A model generated the notes under the pieces. It saw only the letters and a list, made by a program, of their open reading frames with translations. It ran no database searches and had not been told where the DNA came from. From an uncultured Pseudomonadales bacterium (GTDB lineage Bacteria > Patescibacteriota > Microgenomatia > UBA1400 > UBA12028): a DNA stretch of 64,000 nt. The DNA lies in the NCBI GenBank assembly GCA_964635905.1, contig CAZWPK010000003.1, positions 2,459 to 66,458 of the forward strand, read 5' to 3'. Shown in pieces: positions 20,352 to 29,432 of this stretch. The first letter of the stretch is position 1. Each line of letters opens with the position of its first letter. A program made the translations under genes and the position numbers.

Positions 20352-20555
20352 CTATACCCAGAACAAATACGATAAGAACAGAAACACTAGGAGAAAAAGA
20401 AGTGGCAACCATCGGGTAGGATCTTTCGGTTCATCGACACTTTTTTCCCGTTTCATCCGTTTCGATTTTTTTTCAGGCTTTTGTTCTTCTCCATCCGTTT
20501 CTTCAATTTCGTCTTTTTCACCTCGTTTTCGTTTTGTTTTTCCAGGAAGTTTCAT
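20352..20555 (-). CDS. Small Lys/Glu-rich tail-anchored membrane protein (hypothetical)
   Basis: The 67-aa product has a highly charged N-terminus (KTKRKRGEKDEIEETDGEEQKPEKKSKRMKREK) and a C-terminal TM (WLPLLFLLVFLFLSYLFWV). Its start overlaps the cmk stop by 4 nt. Confidence 0.3.
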   Translation of the reverse strand: MKLPGKTKRKRGEKDEIEETDGEEQKPEKKSKRMKREKSVDEPKDPTRWLPLLFLLVFLFLSYLFWV

Positions 20556-21256
20556 ACTTGGGTATTTTTCTGTAATAACTCAACTTTTTCAACAATAGCC
20601 GCAACTACTGCTTCAATAGATAGTGTGGTAGTATCCAAAACCCAGGCACCAGGAACCATTTGTAATGGATCTACGTCCCGTTCCATATCTCTTTTGTCAC
20701 GGTTCAGAAGATCTGCGTAGACCTGCGCGTAACTAATGTCTTGACCTTTCCCAAGCAGCTCCTCATGACGTCGTCGGGCGCGTTCTTGATCCTGAGCTGT
20801 CAGAAATATTTTCAAATTTGCATCCGGCAATACTCGAAAGGTGATATCTCTTCCTTCCATCACTACACTTTGTGTTTTCGCGATCTCTTGTTGCTGACGA
20901 ACAAGTTCAGCTCGTAAAACTTTATGCGTGGCAACAATCGAGGCTCCCATACTAACAGCTGGTGTTCGAATCGACCAAGAGACATCTTCTCCGTCAAGGA
21001 GAACGGTGCATTGACGACCATCGTTTTCTTCCTCAGTAGGGGGTCGCATGGAAATTTTGTGTTGGGTCACAATTTTCAACACCTTTGTATCATCTTCAAA
21101 CGGAATGGAGTTTCGATGCGCAAGGAGAGCAGAAACTCGATACATCGCTCCCGTATCAACGTACAAAAAACCTAAACGTTTGGCTACCAGCCGAGAGACA
21201 GTCCCTTTACCTGCGGCTACTGGCCCATCAATTGCAATCTGAAAAATTGACGACAT
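20552..21256 (-). CDS. cmk: Cytidylate kinase
   Basis: The sequence IAIDGPVAAGKGTVSRLVAKRLGFLYVDTGAMYR is diagnostic. Confidence 0.9.
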   Translation of the reverse strand: MSSIFQIAIDGPVAAGKGTVSRLVAKRLGFLYVDTGAMYRVSALLAHRNSIPFEDDTKVLKIVTQHKISMRPPTEEENDGRQCTVLLDGEDVSWSIRTPAVSMGASIVATHKVLRAELVRQQQEIAKTQSVVMEGRDITFRVLPDANLKIFLTAQDQERARRRHEELLGKGQDISYAQVYADLLNRDKRDMERDVDPLQMVPGAWVLDTTTLSIEAVVAAIVEKVELLQKNTQV

Positions 21257-21303
21257 ACAACTGACTATCTTAGCAAACTACCAGAGAGATAAGAAGTCCT
21301 GGT

Positions 21304-22212
21304 TTAGGAGGAAAACGTTAATAGACCTTTTTTAGCTCCCAGGTGTTGAACAACACTAGCGGCATTCTGCGTCCCTCGTAAAATGCATTCTTCAATACTC
21401 ATCTTTAAAAGTCTTCCCCCAACAAATCCACTAATAAACGCATCCCCTGCTCCTAATTCAGATACAGCAATGACTGGTTTTGCTAGATAAGGATAGCTTG
21501 ATCCGTTGGAAGAAACTTCTCCACCTTCTTTGCCTTTGGTAACAATAATTGTAGTTGCAATTTTGTTTAATGCGTCCTGATGATCGTGAATTTCTTCATA
21601 TTCAAGATCATTCACACAGACAATTTGGATACTGTTGTGAAGAACTTCACTTGATTGCAACACGACATCTTTTAGTTCAGCAGCGCTCGGATTCCAAGAA
21701 AGATGGATTCCTTTTTCTTTGGAAAATATGGCGATTTCTCGTACAAGGTCGGCATTCCCTATCGACGAAAGATGAATAGCCTGCACCTGTTCTAGTTGAG
21801 TGAAAGGAATATCTTTGTGTGACAGTTGTTTGGCTGCTCCTCGGAAAGTCATCGCGGAACGTGACCCATCACTTGCAACTAAAATTGCAGACATTCCGGT
21901 TCGTTCTTCTGCTTCTTCAACAATAAAGGATGTATCAACGTGTTCACGCTGTAGCTCGTCAATAATTAATTGCGCTGGGGCATCGATACCAATTTCCGCC
22001 ACGATTCCCGTACTAAATCCTTGTCGAGCAAACGCAACCGCTGTGTTTGTTCCGGCACCACCCGAACACAACATTGCGTCTTCAACATCTATCTTTCCTC
22101 CAGATATTTCACACAACATTAACTCTCCTGCCACTTGATGGGAAGAAAACCGGGAAGAGCGAAGAAGCACATCCAGAACTGCACTCCCAATGGTTACAAT
22201 ATCAAATGTCAT
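21304..22212 (-). CDS. PfkB-family carbohydrate kinase (ribokinase-like)
   Basis: The GGAGTNTAVAFARQG and LGAGDAFISGFVGG motifs are present. Confidence 0.8.
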   Translation of the reverse strand: MTFDIVTIGSAVLDVLLRSSRFSSHQVAGELMLCEISGGKIDVEDAMLCSGGAGTNTAVAFARQGFSTGIVAEIGIDAPAQLIIDELQREHVDTSFIVEEAEERTGMSAILVASDGSRSAMTFRGAAKQLSHKDIPFTQLEQVQAIHLSSIGNADLVREIAIFSKEKGIHLSWNPSAAELKDVVLQSSEVLHNSIQIVCVNDLEYEEIHDHQDALNKIATTIIVTKGKEGGEVSSNGSSYPYLAKPVIAVSELGAGDAFISGFVGGRLLKMSIEECILRGTQNAASVVQHLGAKKGLLTFSS

Positions 22213-22214
22213 AC

Positions 22215-22856
22215 TTACGCTGACAGTGCTGGAAGCTCTGAACTGTTTCCTTGTCTTCCACGCATTTCGTCTTCAAATTCATCTAAAATATAAAGTAGTT
22301 CCTGGGGAGTTTCTGCAATCTTAAACACACTTCTTTCTTGTTCTCCAAGTAAGAAGTGTTTGAACATTACCTCGATAACTTCATTCCAAAACTCTCCATA
22401 GAGAACAAAAGGTTTGTGATGGCCGTAATATAGATGAGCCAATAACCAAGCTGTCGCCCATTCCGACAAGGTCCCAGTTCCTCCTTTAAAAATGACGAAA
22501 CAGTCTGCGTTGTCCATTAAGGTAAACATTCTCTCGATATAATTTTTGGTTCGGATTTCCTTATGTGCGACGTTGTCTTCCGATCGTCCTTCAAAATTGG
22601 GCATATCTGTTGGGTACATCGTCACCGCGAGAGTATGTCCGCCAACGGAGCGCGCGCCTTGAGTAGCCGCCATCATTAATCCTGGTCCTCCGCCATCAAC
22701 AATCACTTTCCCTTCTTTAGCCAAGAGCTGAGAAACCTTAAATGCTTCTTTATAGACATCGTCGTCTTCGGAGATATCAGCCGATCCAAAAATTGCCACC
22801 CGTTTAAGATACGGTGAATACTTGGGCGTAGGAATATTGGAAGTAATATGCAACAT
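22215..22856 (-). CDS. LOG-family protein (TIGR00730 Rossmann-fold nucleotide-binding/lysine decarboxylase-like)
   Basis: The sequence VAIFGSADISEDD...GGGPGLMMAATQGA and an overall LOG-like architecture are present. Confidence 0.75.
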   Translation of the reverse strand: MLHITSNIPTPKYSPYLKRVAIFGSADISEDDDVYKEAFKVSQLLAKEGKVIVDGGGPGLMMAATQGARSVGGHTLAVTMYPTDMPNFEGRSEDNVAHKEIRTKNYIERMFTLMDNADCFVIFKGGTGTLSEWATAWLLAHLYYGHHKPFVLYGEFWNEVIEVMFKHFLLGEQERSVFKIAETPQELLYILDEFEDEMRGRQGNSSELPALSA

Positions 22857-22879
22857 AGAGTTTGAAAGACTCTACCAGT

Positions 22880-23536
22880 CTACTGATTAATTGATAGCTG
22901 TTCAACCGCGGCTTCAAGATTAGGAGCTTCCCAAAGAAAGCTTCCGACCACAAAAACAGAAGCACCTGCTTTGGAACAAAGAAGAATCGTCTCTGCATTC
23001 ATCCCGATGTCTACTGAAATCTCAAATGGAGTTTGTTGTAACTGGGCGATCTTCGTTAATTCTTTAATTTTTGACAGAACTACCTCTCCAGCAAAACGCT
23101 TTCCTTGTGCCCCAGCTTTGTTTCCCATCACTTGTACAACCGAGAGATGTTGCATAATTTGGGGATCTATCTCTTCAACTGGAGTATAGAGATCCAAAGA
23201 GAGACCTGTTTTAAAGCCGTAACTGGAAACATGCTCATAGAAATCTTTTTGAGAGGGCATGTGTTCTATTTGAGCGACAATCGACTTCACACCTGGGACT
23301 TGAGAGCATTCCACCACATCATTAATCGGATCATTGGTCATTAGATGGAATTCAATTTCTAGGTTATTGAGATTTACATCTAGAAAATCGATGGGGGTGA
23401 GCGTGATATTGTCGGCAAACTCCGGATCCACAATATCGATTTGGATTTTCTTAAAAGTTGTTTGTGTATGAATAATGTCTACTTGATGTTGTACTTCACT
23501 TTTTGAATCAGAAAGAATACCAGGGATAATTAACAT
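22880..23536 (-). CDS. rpe: Ribulose-phosphate 3-epimerase
   Basis: The start MLIIPGILSDS matches the PSILSAD-like region of Rpe, and a HLMTNDP segment follows. A TIM-barrel-like C-terminus reads VDIGMN...VVGSFLW. Confidence 0.7.
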   Translation of the reverse strand: MLIIPGILSDSKSEVQHQVDIIHTQTTFKKIQIDIVDPEFADNITLTPIDFLDVNLNNLEIEFHLMTNDPINDVVECSQVPGVKSIVAQIEHMPSQKDFYEHVSSYGFKTGLSLDLYTPVEEIDPQIMQHLSVVQVMGNKAGAQGKRFAGEVVLSKIKELTKIAQLQQTPFEISVDIGMNAETILLCSKAGASVFVVGSFLWEAPNLEAAVEQLSINQ

Positions 23537-23552
23537 ACATTCCTTTTAGGTG

Positions 23553-24002
23553 TTAGATCGAGTCCTCGATGGTGAGAATTTTGTCTATTCTACGCTGGTC
23601 TTTCTCTTGAGCCAAGAAAGACGTTTGCAAGAAGGCCGTCACAATCTCCTTGGCTTGCTCGATAGAAAGCCAATCTCCTGCAAGAGCTATGATATTAGCA
23701 TCATCATTACTGCGGGCGTGTTTTGCCCCTTCAACGCTATTGACTTGAACGGCTCGAATCCTTTTGGTCTTATTTGCGACGATTGCTACTCCTCCGCCAG
23801 ACCTGCAGATCACAATTCCTTTAGCGTTTTCTGGGTTAGCAACAACTTTAAGGGCAACAGCATGGGCAAAATCTGGATAATCATCCGTTGGATCTAAGCT
23901 GGTTGCTCCCATATCCTCAACAACAGTTCCATCTGTTGTTAACATTTTTTTAAGCTCTTCTTTCAAGAGGAATCCACCGTGATCTGCACCGATATATACC
24001 AT
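23553..24002 (-). CDS. rpiB: Ribose-5-phosphate isomerase B
   Basis: The motifs MVYIGADHGGFLLKEELK and CRSGGGVAIVANK are present. The track start at 24035 adds 11 aa. I placed the ATG at 24002. Confidence 0.85.
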   Translation of the reverse strand: MVYIGADHGGFLLKEELKKMLTTDGTVVEDMGATSLDPTDDYPDFAHAVALKVVANPENAKGIVICRSGGGVAIVANKTKRIRAVQVNSVEGAKHARSNDDANIIALAGDWLSIEQAKEIVTAFLQTSFLAQEKDQRRIDKILTIEDSI

Positions 24003-24097
24003 ATGGCAGAAGAATAATGAAATTAGGTTCAACAATCAAGTTAGAAAGATCTCATTTTTTAGTTTCTCTTCTCTTGATATACTACGTTTCCTTACGA

Positions 24098-24182
24098 GGA
24101 GAGGTCGCATAGTGGTCTAGTGCCACCGCTTGGAAAGCGGCTGTAGGTTTTCCTAACGAGGGTTCGAATCCCTCCCTCTCCG
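24098..24182 (+). tRNA. tRNA-Ser (anticodon GGA), type II with long variable arm
   Basis: Acceptor GGAGAGG pairs with CCTCTCC, discriminator G. The anticodon loop is TTGGAAA. The T-arm is GAGGG-TTCGAAT-CCCTC and there is a long variable arm. The gene is 85 nt. Confidence 0.85.
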
Positions 24183-24284
24183 CAAAAACTATAATCTTCA
24201 ACTCTTTTATCAATACTTTTCTATTCTCCGTTTCTACCACTACTCTTACATTACATAGTCATGCTAGTAGATGAGGAGATCACT

Positions 24285-24680
24285 ATGGCAAATCGACTAG
24301 TTAAAACAGTATTAAACCAAAGTGTTGACGGTGCAGATGTTTATCAAGAAGAGGTTGTTGACAACACTGTGGTGGATCCACAGTCTGCAAGAATATCCAA
24401 AACAAGACAAGTCGTCTGGTTTTTAGGGTATCTCATCTTAACCCTAATTAGTCTTCGTTTTATATTTTTACTATTGGGCGCCAGACGTATAGGCGTTGTT
24501 GATTTTATTTATGATCTAACAGCAGTATTCATTCTTCCATTTAGGGGGGTTTTTCCGTCTAATCAGATTGAAGGGTCGTTTTTTGACTCAGCCTCTCTCC
24601 TTGCATTAGTCATGTACTATCTACTCGTTTATCTATTAGATCAATTGATTCTCTTATTCACAAAGAGGAATATGGTGTAA
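24285..24680 (+). CDS. Small membrane protein, possibly YggT-family
   Basis: A GAGGAG RBS precedes the ATG at 24285 (MANRLVKTV...). The protein has two TM helices and a FILPFRG motif. Confidence 0.4.
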   Translation: MANRLVKTVLNQSVDGADVYQEEVVDNTVVDPQSARISKTRQVVWFLGYLILTLISLRFIFLLLGARRIGVVDFIYDLTAVFILPFRGVFPSNQIEGSFFDSASLLALVMYYLLVYLLDQLILLFTKRNMV

Positions 24681-24704
24681 AAGTGATCATGGAAATAGAT
24701 TCAA

Positions 24705-25076
24705 TTATTTTGCCTCTTTGGGTTCAGTTTTTCTTCTCTTAATTTTTTCTAATGTGTACATAATGCGTTCGTGCAAATTAATGTTTTTCATACGGGCAAA
24801 CCGTAGGATCGTTACCAACAAGTCTCCGAGCTCTTGATCATAGGATTCATCTGCTTGAGCCGCTAGGTTGGTCTTTTTACGACCATGTTCTGCTAAATAG
24901 GCTCTAGCCATCTCCCCCACTTCTTCCACCAACGACAAAATCATGATTGAGCCATATTCTTCAGAATATCGTTTTCCCTTATCAATATCAGAGAGCAAAT
25001 TAAAATATTCCGAGAACGGGGTTTTATGTAAAGGGAATTTAGTCTTTTTTTTCTTTATTTCTTGAGTATTATCCAT
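24705..25076 (-). CDS. MazG-like nucleotide pyrophosphohydrolase domain protein
   Basis: The small 123-aa protein has the EExxE...D pattern (LVEEVGEMARAYLAEHG...DQELGDLL). Confidence 0.6.
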   Translation of the reverse strand: MDNTQEIKKKKTKFPLHKTPFSEYFNLLSDIDKGKRYSEEYGSIMILSLVEEVGEMARAYLAEHGRKKTNLAAQADESYDQELGDLLVTILRFARMKNINLHERIMYTLEKIKRRKTEPKEAK

Positions 25077-25135
25077 AGTTTTTCCACTCCTTTTCCTCTA
25101 TTAATGCACAGGCTTTTCCTTCATTGCACACATCT

Positions 25136-25546
25136 TTTTCCACACGTGTGGATTTCTTTTATATGCATCTACACATACTTATAAACATCTAGCACCATAA
25201 ATTTGTATGCACTTTTCTTGAGTATCTTTCACTCTTCTTCACATTTTACCCACATGCCACATGTAGTACTTATCCAGAGAGCAAAGCTGTCTTTCCCCCA
25301 AAGTTATCCACGCTGTACCTTAGCAGCTCTACCGCTCTTTTTTCTCTTAAAAACCATCAAACCACCATGCTTTTTTCACATGATACGGTTTTTGGAGGAA
25401 AACTTTTCATCTGTGAGAGTTAGGCTGGGTGCTCCCGGCAGGAATCGAACCTGCATCTCAAGCTTCGGAGGCCCACGGTCTATCCATTAGCCTACGGGAG
25501 CAATAGGTGTAGTTTAACATTACCGTGCATTTCTATCTTATCCACA
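25136..25546. promoter_or_regulatory. Cluster of DnaA-box-like 9-mers flanking the tRNA-Arg gene, downstream of dnaN
   Basis: TTTTCCACA (25136-25144) sits inside a perfect 14-bp palindrome TCCACACGTGTGGA (25139-25152). The other boxes are TTATCCAGA (25270-25278), TTATCCACG (25304-25312) and TTATCCACA (25538-25546). The 25150-25200 stretch is AT-rich. Confidence 0.35.
25430..25501 (-). tRNA. tRNA-Arg (anticodon CCG, tentative)
   Basis: The minus-strand cloverleaf has acceptor GCTCCCG pairing with CGGGAGC and T-arm GCAGG-TTCGATT-CCTGC. The anticodon loop is CTCCGAA. The anticodon stem carries several G-U pairs. Confidence 0.65.
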
Positions 25547-25623
25547 TGTTAATAAACTCTGTGTATTACCCTCAACTATAAGAGAGGTTAATAGCGTGTT
25601 AACTGTGGAGAAAAGTGTGTGAA

Positions 25624-26727
25624 TTAGCGTTTAAAAGGCATGACCACTGTTAAATAGTTTTCTTGGTTTTCGGGTAGCAGGATGGCTGGTTTTAATTCTG
25701 AGTTCATACAAAACTCAACTCTGTCAGTTTTCATGTGTAACAAGGCATCGGTTAAAAACTTTGCATTAAACGAAATCTTTTTTGATTCTGTCGCGTTATA
25801 GGTTGAATCTAGGGTGACTTCATTCTCCCCCATGGTTGCACTTGTGGCTGCAACGGTTAGGTTTTTCCCTTCAAGGGTCATCGAAATGATTGAAGAGCTT
25901 TCTCTAGCGACAACCATGGTGGTTTTTAGGGCGTTTAACAAGTCTTGTCGATCAAGGAACGTTCGAATGAGGAATGAAGAAGGAATAATTTGATTATAGG
26001 GAGGGAAATCTCCTTCAGTCAGTCGAATTAGAATCTGAGTCTCCCCTGCCGCCATTCGTACCTGCTGAAGCTCTTTAGATACTCCAAATTCGACTGTGGC
26101 TGGCTTTGTTCGAGCAAGAGCTCTCAACACTTCTAAAAGGGTTTTTGCGTTGATTAAAACGTTAAATCCTTCATTTTCCATTTTCATCGGATAGTTTGAA
26201 ACAACGAGTCGATACCCGTCGGTTGAAACTATCGAGCACTGATCTTTTTGAAATTCGAAATAGACGGAAGCTAATACTGGACGTGTTTCGTCCAGACTGG
26301 CGGCATAGCCCGTTTGCTCCACAATGTCAAAAAAGTCTGTGGCAGGAAATTCCACTTTACTCGTGTTCAATTGGGGAAACGGTGGAAAGTCTGTAGCAGG
26401 AAAAGTTGGTATTTTTGCTTTAGCTCTAGCCTGTGTCAGACAGAGGTTGCCTTCAATAATCTCGCATTCTAGTGGTCCATGTGGCAACGATGAAATAAAA
26501 TCCGTAAACACTTTAGCTGGAACAACACATTCTCCCGACTGTTCTATTTTCCCTCCAATGCTCGTATGAAATCCTACTCGAAGATCAGTTGAACGAATAA
26601 TTAATTGTCCTTCAGTTGCTGAAAGGTAAATTCCTGAAAGGATAGGTAATTGGGGTTTAGAAGATATAAAACGCGATGCGTCCTGTATAGCTTTTAAGAC
26701 ATTTTCTTGTAATACGGTGAAGTGCAT
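25624..26727 (-). CDS. dnaN: DNA polymerase III beta sliding clamp
   Basis: The start MHFTVLQENVLKAIQDASRFIS...LSGIYLSA is diagnostic and three-domain length fits. The ATG was checked. Confidence 0.9.
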   Translation of the reverse strand: MHFTVLQENVLKAIQDASRFISSKPQLPILSGIYLSATEGQLIIRSTDLRVGFHTSIGGKIEQSGECVVPAKVFTDFISSLPHGPLECEIIEGNLCLTQARAKAKIPTFPATDFPPFPQLNTSKVEFPATDFFDIVEQTGYAASLDETRPVLASVYFEFQKDQCSIVSTDGYRLVVSNYPMKMENEGFNVLINAKTLLEVLRALARTKPATVEFGVSKELQQVRMAAGETQILIRLTEGDFPPYNQIIPSSFLIRTFLDRQDLLNALKTTMVVARESSSIISMTLEGKNLTVAATSATMGENEVTLDSTYNATESKKISFNAKFLTDALLHMKTDRVEFCMNSELKPAILLPENQENYLTVVMPFKR

Positions 26728-27039
26728 ACTCTTGCGTTCTTTTTACTTAGATATTAAATAGCAGTAGTTCTAGTAGGCGTGTGGAAATGTGTGTATCGTC
26801 AAAGTATACCAGGTTTAGTTTTCGAAAGACATTCGTGTGTATAGTAGGTAGACAAGTCCACTGAAAACCCTACACAAATGTCATTCGACGGTTGATAAGC
26901 CTAATGATTTTGTAGAACCATTCGGCAAATGTGTAAAGATAACTGTACACTTTCCACTGGGGAAGTGGAAAGACTTATCCCCAACTGTGGAATGTCTAGA
27001 GTAAGAGCTGTGTAATAAAAATGAAAAAAGAAGGATAAC
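26728..27039. promoter_or_regulatory. dnaA-dnaN intergenic region with DnaA-box-like motifs
   Basis: Motifs include TGTGGAAAT, TTATCCCCA, TGTGGAATG and GGATAACTT within an AT-rich 312 bp. Confidence 0.3.
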
Positions 27040-28473
27040 TTATTTACTACCAGAGATGCTTGCTCGGATTGCAGATAAACTAGTTTGTAGATCTGTTGAA
27101 GTTTCCAGTTTTAACTTTACTTTCTTGACGGCATGCATGATGCTGGTATGGTCTCTTCCACCAAACTCCATCCCCACTTGTACAAGAGAAATTCTCAAAT
27201 CTTCATACAAAATATACATTGCTAAATGACGATAATCGACAAGAGGCCGAGAACGTCGTGCACCTAAAAGCTGTGCGGTAGTGACTTTGAAGTGAGCGGC
27301 AACTGTTTTAATCACTTCTTTTGGTTTAACTGAGAGCTTTGTAATATTGGGAGTCTGTTCTTTGGAGAGAATGGATTTTACTAAGTCCATATTGATCTCT
27401 TTTTTCATCAAGGTATTCTGGCTGTGAAGCTGTGAGATGACTCCTTCAATTTTCCGGGCATTATCTACCATCGAGGCAATTTGCTGAGCACAATCCATTG
27501 GAACAATGACCCCTTTTGCTTCAGACTTGATTAAGACAATCGCTGTGCGGAGTTCAAACGTTGGTTGTTGGATATCGATGATCAGTCCTGCTTCAAACCG
27601 AGAGCGCAACCGGTCTTCTAGAAGCGTAATCTCATGGGGTGGTCTATCTGACGTAATAATAATTTGACCACCAGATTGAGAGACAGCGTTAAACGTATGG
27701 AAAAACTCCTCTTGAACCGCGTTTTTCCCAGCAATAAACTGAATGTCATCAATAAGTAAAACATTCACTTTCCTGTATTTTTCCTTGAATTGGAGTGTTT
27801 TTTTTGTTTGAATAGCGGCAACAATCTCGTTCGTAAACTCTTCACCAGCGCAATACAAAATATTTACTTGAGGATTGTCTTTCAAAATTGCTTGACCCAC
27901 AGACTGCATGAGATGCGTCTTCCCTACTCCTACTCCGCCATATAAAAAGAGAGGATTATAAGCAGTTCCAGGGCTCCTGGAAACCGCTTGAGCGGCTGCG
28001 TATGCCATTTCATTGGTCGTGGAAACTGCGAAATTCTCAAAGTTAAAATCGAGTCGAAGTTTAGCTTTTTGTAAGCTTAATTTAAAAGAATCTACCGTTG
28101 GTGCTGTGGAAAAGAGGGGGGTTGAGCTCTGGATAGGTTGGGAAGATGATTGTGGGGAATGTGTGGATAGAGTTACGGTTGGCTGGGTGGTTTCCTGAGG
28201 TTGAACCGCAGATTGCACTCTAAATTGTAAATCAACCTTCCTCCCAGTGATCCGATCAAGCGTCTCTTTCAAGGTTGCATAAAACCTGCCTTCGATCATT
28301 TGGATATGCATGGCTGTCGGTGCGCTAATCACGGCGATTGCATGGGAATCTCCTACTGCTCTGATTTCTGCAAGACTCGCCTTCTCTATCCACATGTGGA
28401 AATGTTGAGAAGACATGCTGATCTCCAGATCTGAGAGCGATTTTTTCCAAACATCAAACGGAACCATTTCCAT
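27040..28473 (-). CDS. dnaA: Chromosomal replication initiator DnaA
   Basis: The AAA+ Walker A (GGVGVGKTHL) and LLIDDIQF motif are present, with a C-terminal DNA-binding domain. Confidence 0.95.
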   Translation of the reverse strand: MEMVPFDVWKKSLSDLEISMSSQHFHMWIEKASLAEIRAVGDSHAIAVISAPTAMHIQMIEGRFYATLKETLDRITGRKVDLQFRVQSAVQPQETTQPTVTLSTHSPQSSSQPIQSSTPLFSTAPTVDSFKLSLQKAKLRLDFNFENFAVSTTNEMAYAAAQAVSRSPGTAYNPLFLYGGVGVGKTHLMQSVGQAILKDNPQVNILYCAGEEFTNEIVAAIQTKKTLQFKEKYRKVNVLLIDDIQFIAGKNAVQEEFFHTFNAVSQSGGQIIITSDRPPHEITLLEDRLRSRFEAGLIIDIQQPTFELRTAIVLIKSEAKGVIVPMDCAQQIASMVDNARKIEGVISQLHSQNTLMKKEINMDLVKSILSKEQTPNITKLSVKPKEVIKTVAAHFKVTTAQLLGARRSRPLVDYRHLAMYILYEDLRISLVQVGMEFGGRDHTSIMHAVKKVKLKLETSTDLQTSLSAIRASISGSK

Positions 28474-28768
28474 AAATATTAATCTTTTGAAGGAAGTAAG
28501 ACCTATGTTTTAATCATAGTTTTCCACATTATGCAAGCGTGGGATTGTAAATTGGATTTTCTCATCTAGAGGATATGCTGATTACAGGAGTTTTTTCTTG
28601 TGAATAAACACAGAGTTTGATCTGAATAAGTCTAGTGGAAAAACTGGGGACAATTCGGTTTTTATCTCAGGAGGTTCTTAGAATATCCACAACATGCCTC
28701 AAAATGGTGGAAATTGCCACATCTCAAACTTGCTGTTACAATACACCTCTCGTTTATAGGAGAAGTGT
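28474..28768. promoter_or_regulatory. Candidate oriC / dnaA promoter region with DnaA boxes
   Basis: TTTTCCACA lies at 28520-28528. TGTGAATAA is near 28598, ATATCCACA at about 28683-28691 and GGTGGAAAT near 28707. The region is the classic rpmH/dnaA intergenic position. Confidence 0.4.
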
Positions 28769-28912
28769 ATGGCAAAAACAAAACGAACTTGGCAACCTCG
28801 AAAGAAAAAACGCGTAAGAACACATGGCTTCTTAAAGCGAATGTCAACGCATTCTGGTAGAATGGTTCTCAAGCGACGTCGACTAAAAGGTCGAGCAAAA
28901 CTAACGGTTTAA
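28769..28912 (+). CDS. rpmH: 50S ribosomal protein L34
   Basis: The product is [47 protein letters not shown]. An AGGAG RBS sits upstream. The ORF track omits it because it is under 60 aa. Confidence 0.9.
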   Translation: MAKTKRTWQPRKKKRVRTHGFLKRMSTHSGRMVLKRRRLKGRAKLTV

Positions 28913-28920
28913 AGATCTAT

Positions 28921-29229
28921 ATGATCCCAAGAGAACTTCGACTTCCTTTACGAGGGAGTCCCGGTTTTTTCTCTTCAGCCTTAAAAAAAGAAAACAATAA
29001 ACTTCTTCTCTTTTTGAGTTCAGGTAGAGAAAATTTGGGTGCCGTTATTGTTCCCAAAAGGATCGAAAACAGCGCTGTTAAACGAAACCATCTCAAGAGA
29101 AAAATGAAATCAGCGTTACTTCCAATCTTACAATCAAATGCAAATATGCACATCGTGATCGTTGCAAAAAAGAAGACCTCAGTCTTGACTAATAATGAAC
29201 TCTTTTCCACAATTAACGAGCTACTGTAA
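28921..29229 (+). CDS. rnpA: RNase P protein component
   Basis: It follows rpmH. The basic motif is AVKRNHLKRKMK. Confidence 0.8.
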   Translation: MIPRELRLPLRGSPGFFSSALKKENNKLLLFLSSGRENLGAVIVPKRIENSAVKRNHLKRKMKSALLPILQSNANMHIVIVAKKKTSVLTNNELFSTINELL

Positions 29230-29428
29230 AAAGGGTTTAATCTCTTTAGTTTTAGTCTATAGAAAAGTACGCGTTATCTTGGACTACATCTATCTTGTGG
29301 TGTTTGGAGTAACCATTCACTGTAAACACACACCTTCCTGCAGTGAATATACAATCCGTGTAATTTCGAAGCATGGTACAATCAAGGGCACCTTTCTAGG
29401 CGTAAAACGTATCTTAACCTGCTGGTAA
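29195..29428 (+). CDS. yidD: Membrane protein insertion efficiency factor YidD
   Basis: The CKHTPSCSEY motif matches the CxxxPSCSxY signature. It is followed by HGTIKGTFLGVKRIL. The gene overlaps the end of rnpA. Confidence 0.7.
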   Translation: MNSFPQLTSYCKKGLISLVLVYRKVRVILDYIYLVVFGVTIHCKHTPSCSEYTIRVISKHGTIKGTFLGVKRILTCW

Positions 29429-29432
29429 TCCT

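Noticed and set aside
20380-20580. Repetitive ccgtttc/tttcgtttt motifs that could suggest a repeat array
   Set aside because: They are the antisense of the Lys/Glu-rich codons (AAG/GAA) of the small 20352..20555 gene. There are no regularly spaced direct repeats with unique spacers, so this is not a CRISPR array.
24036-25560. tRNA-flanked integrated element around tRNA-Ser(GGA) and tRNA-Arg(CCG)
   Set aside because: I saw no integrase, recombinase, direct-repeat att-like duplication of a tRNA 3' end, or foreign cargo. The neighbours are MazG-like, YggT-like and dnaN housekeeping genes.
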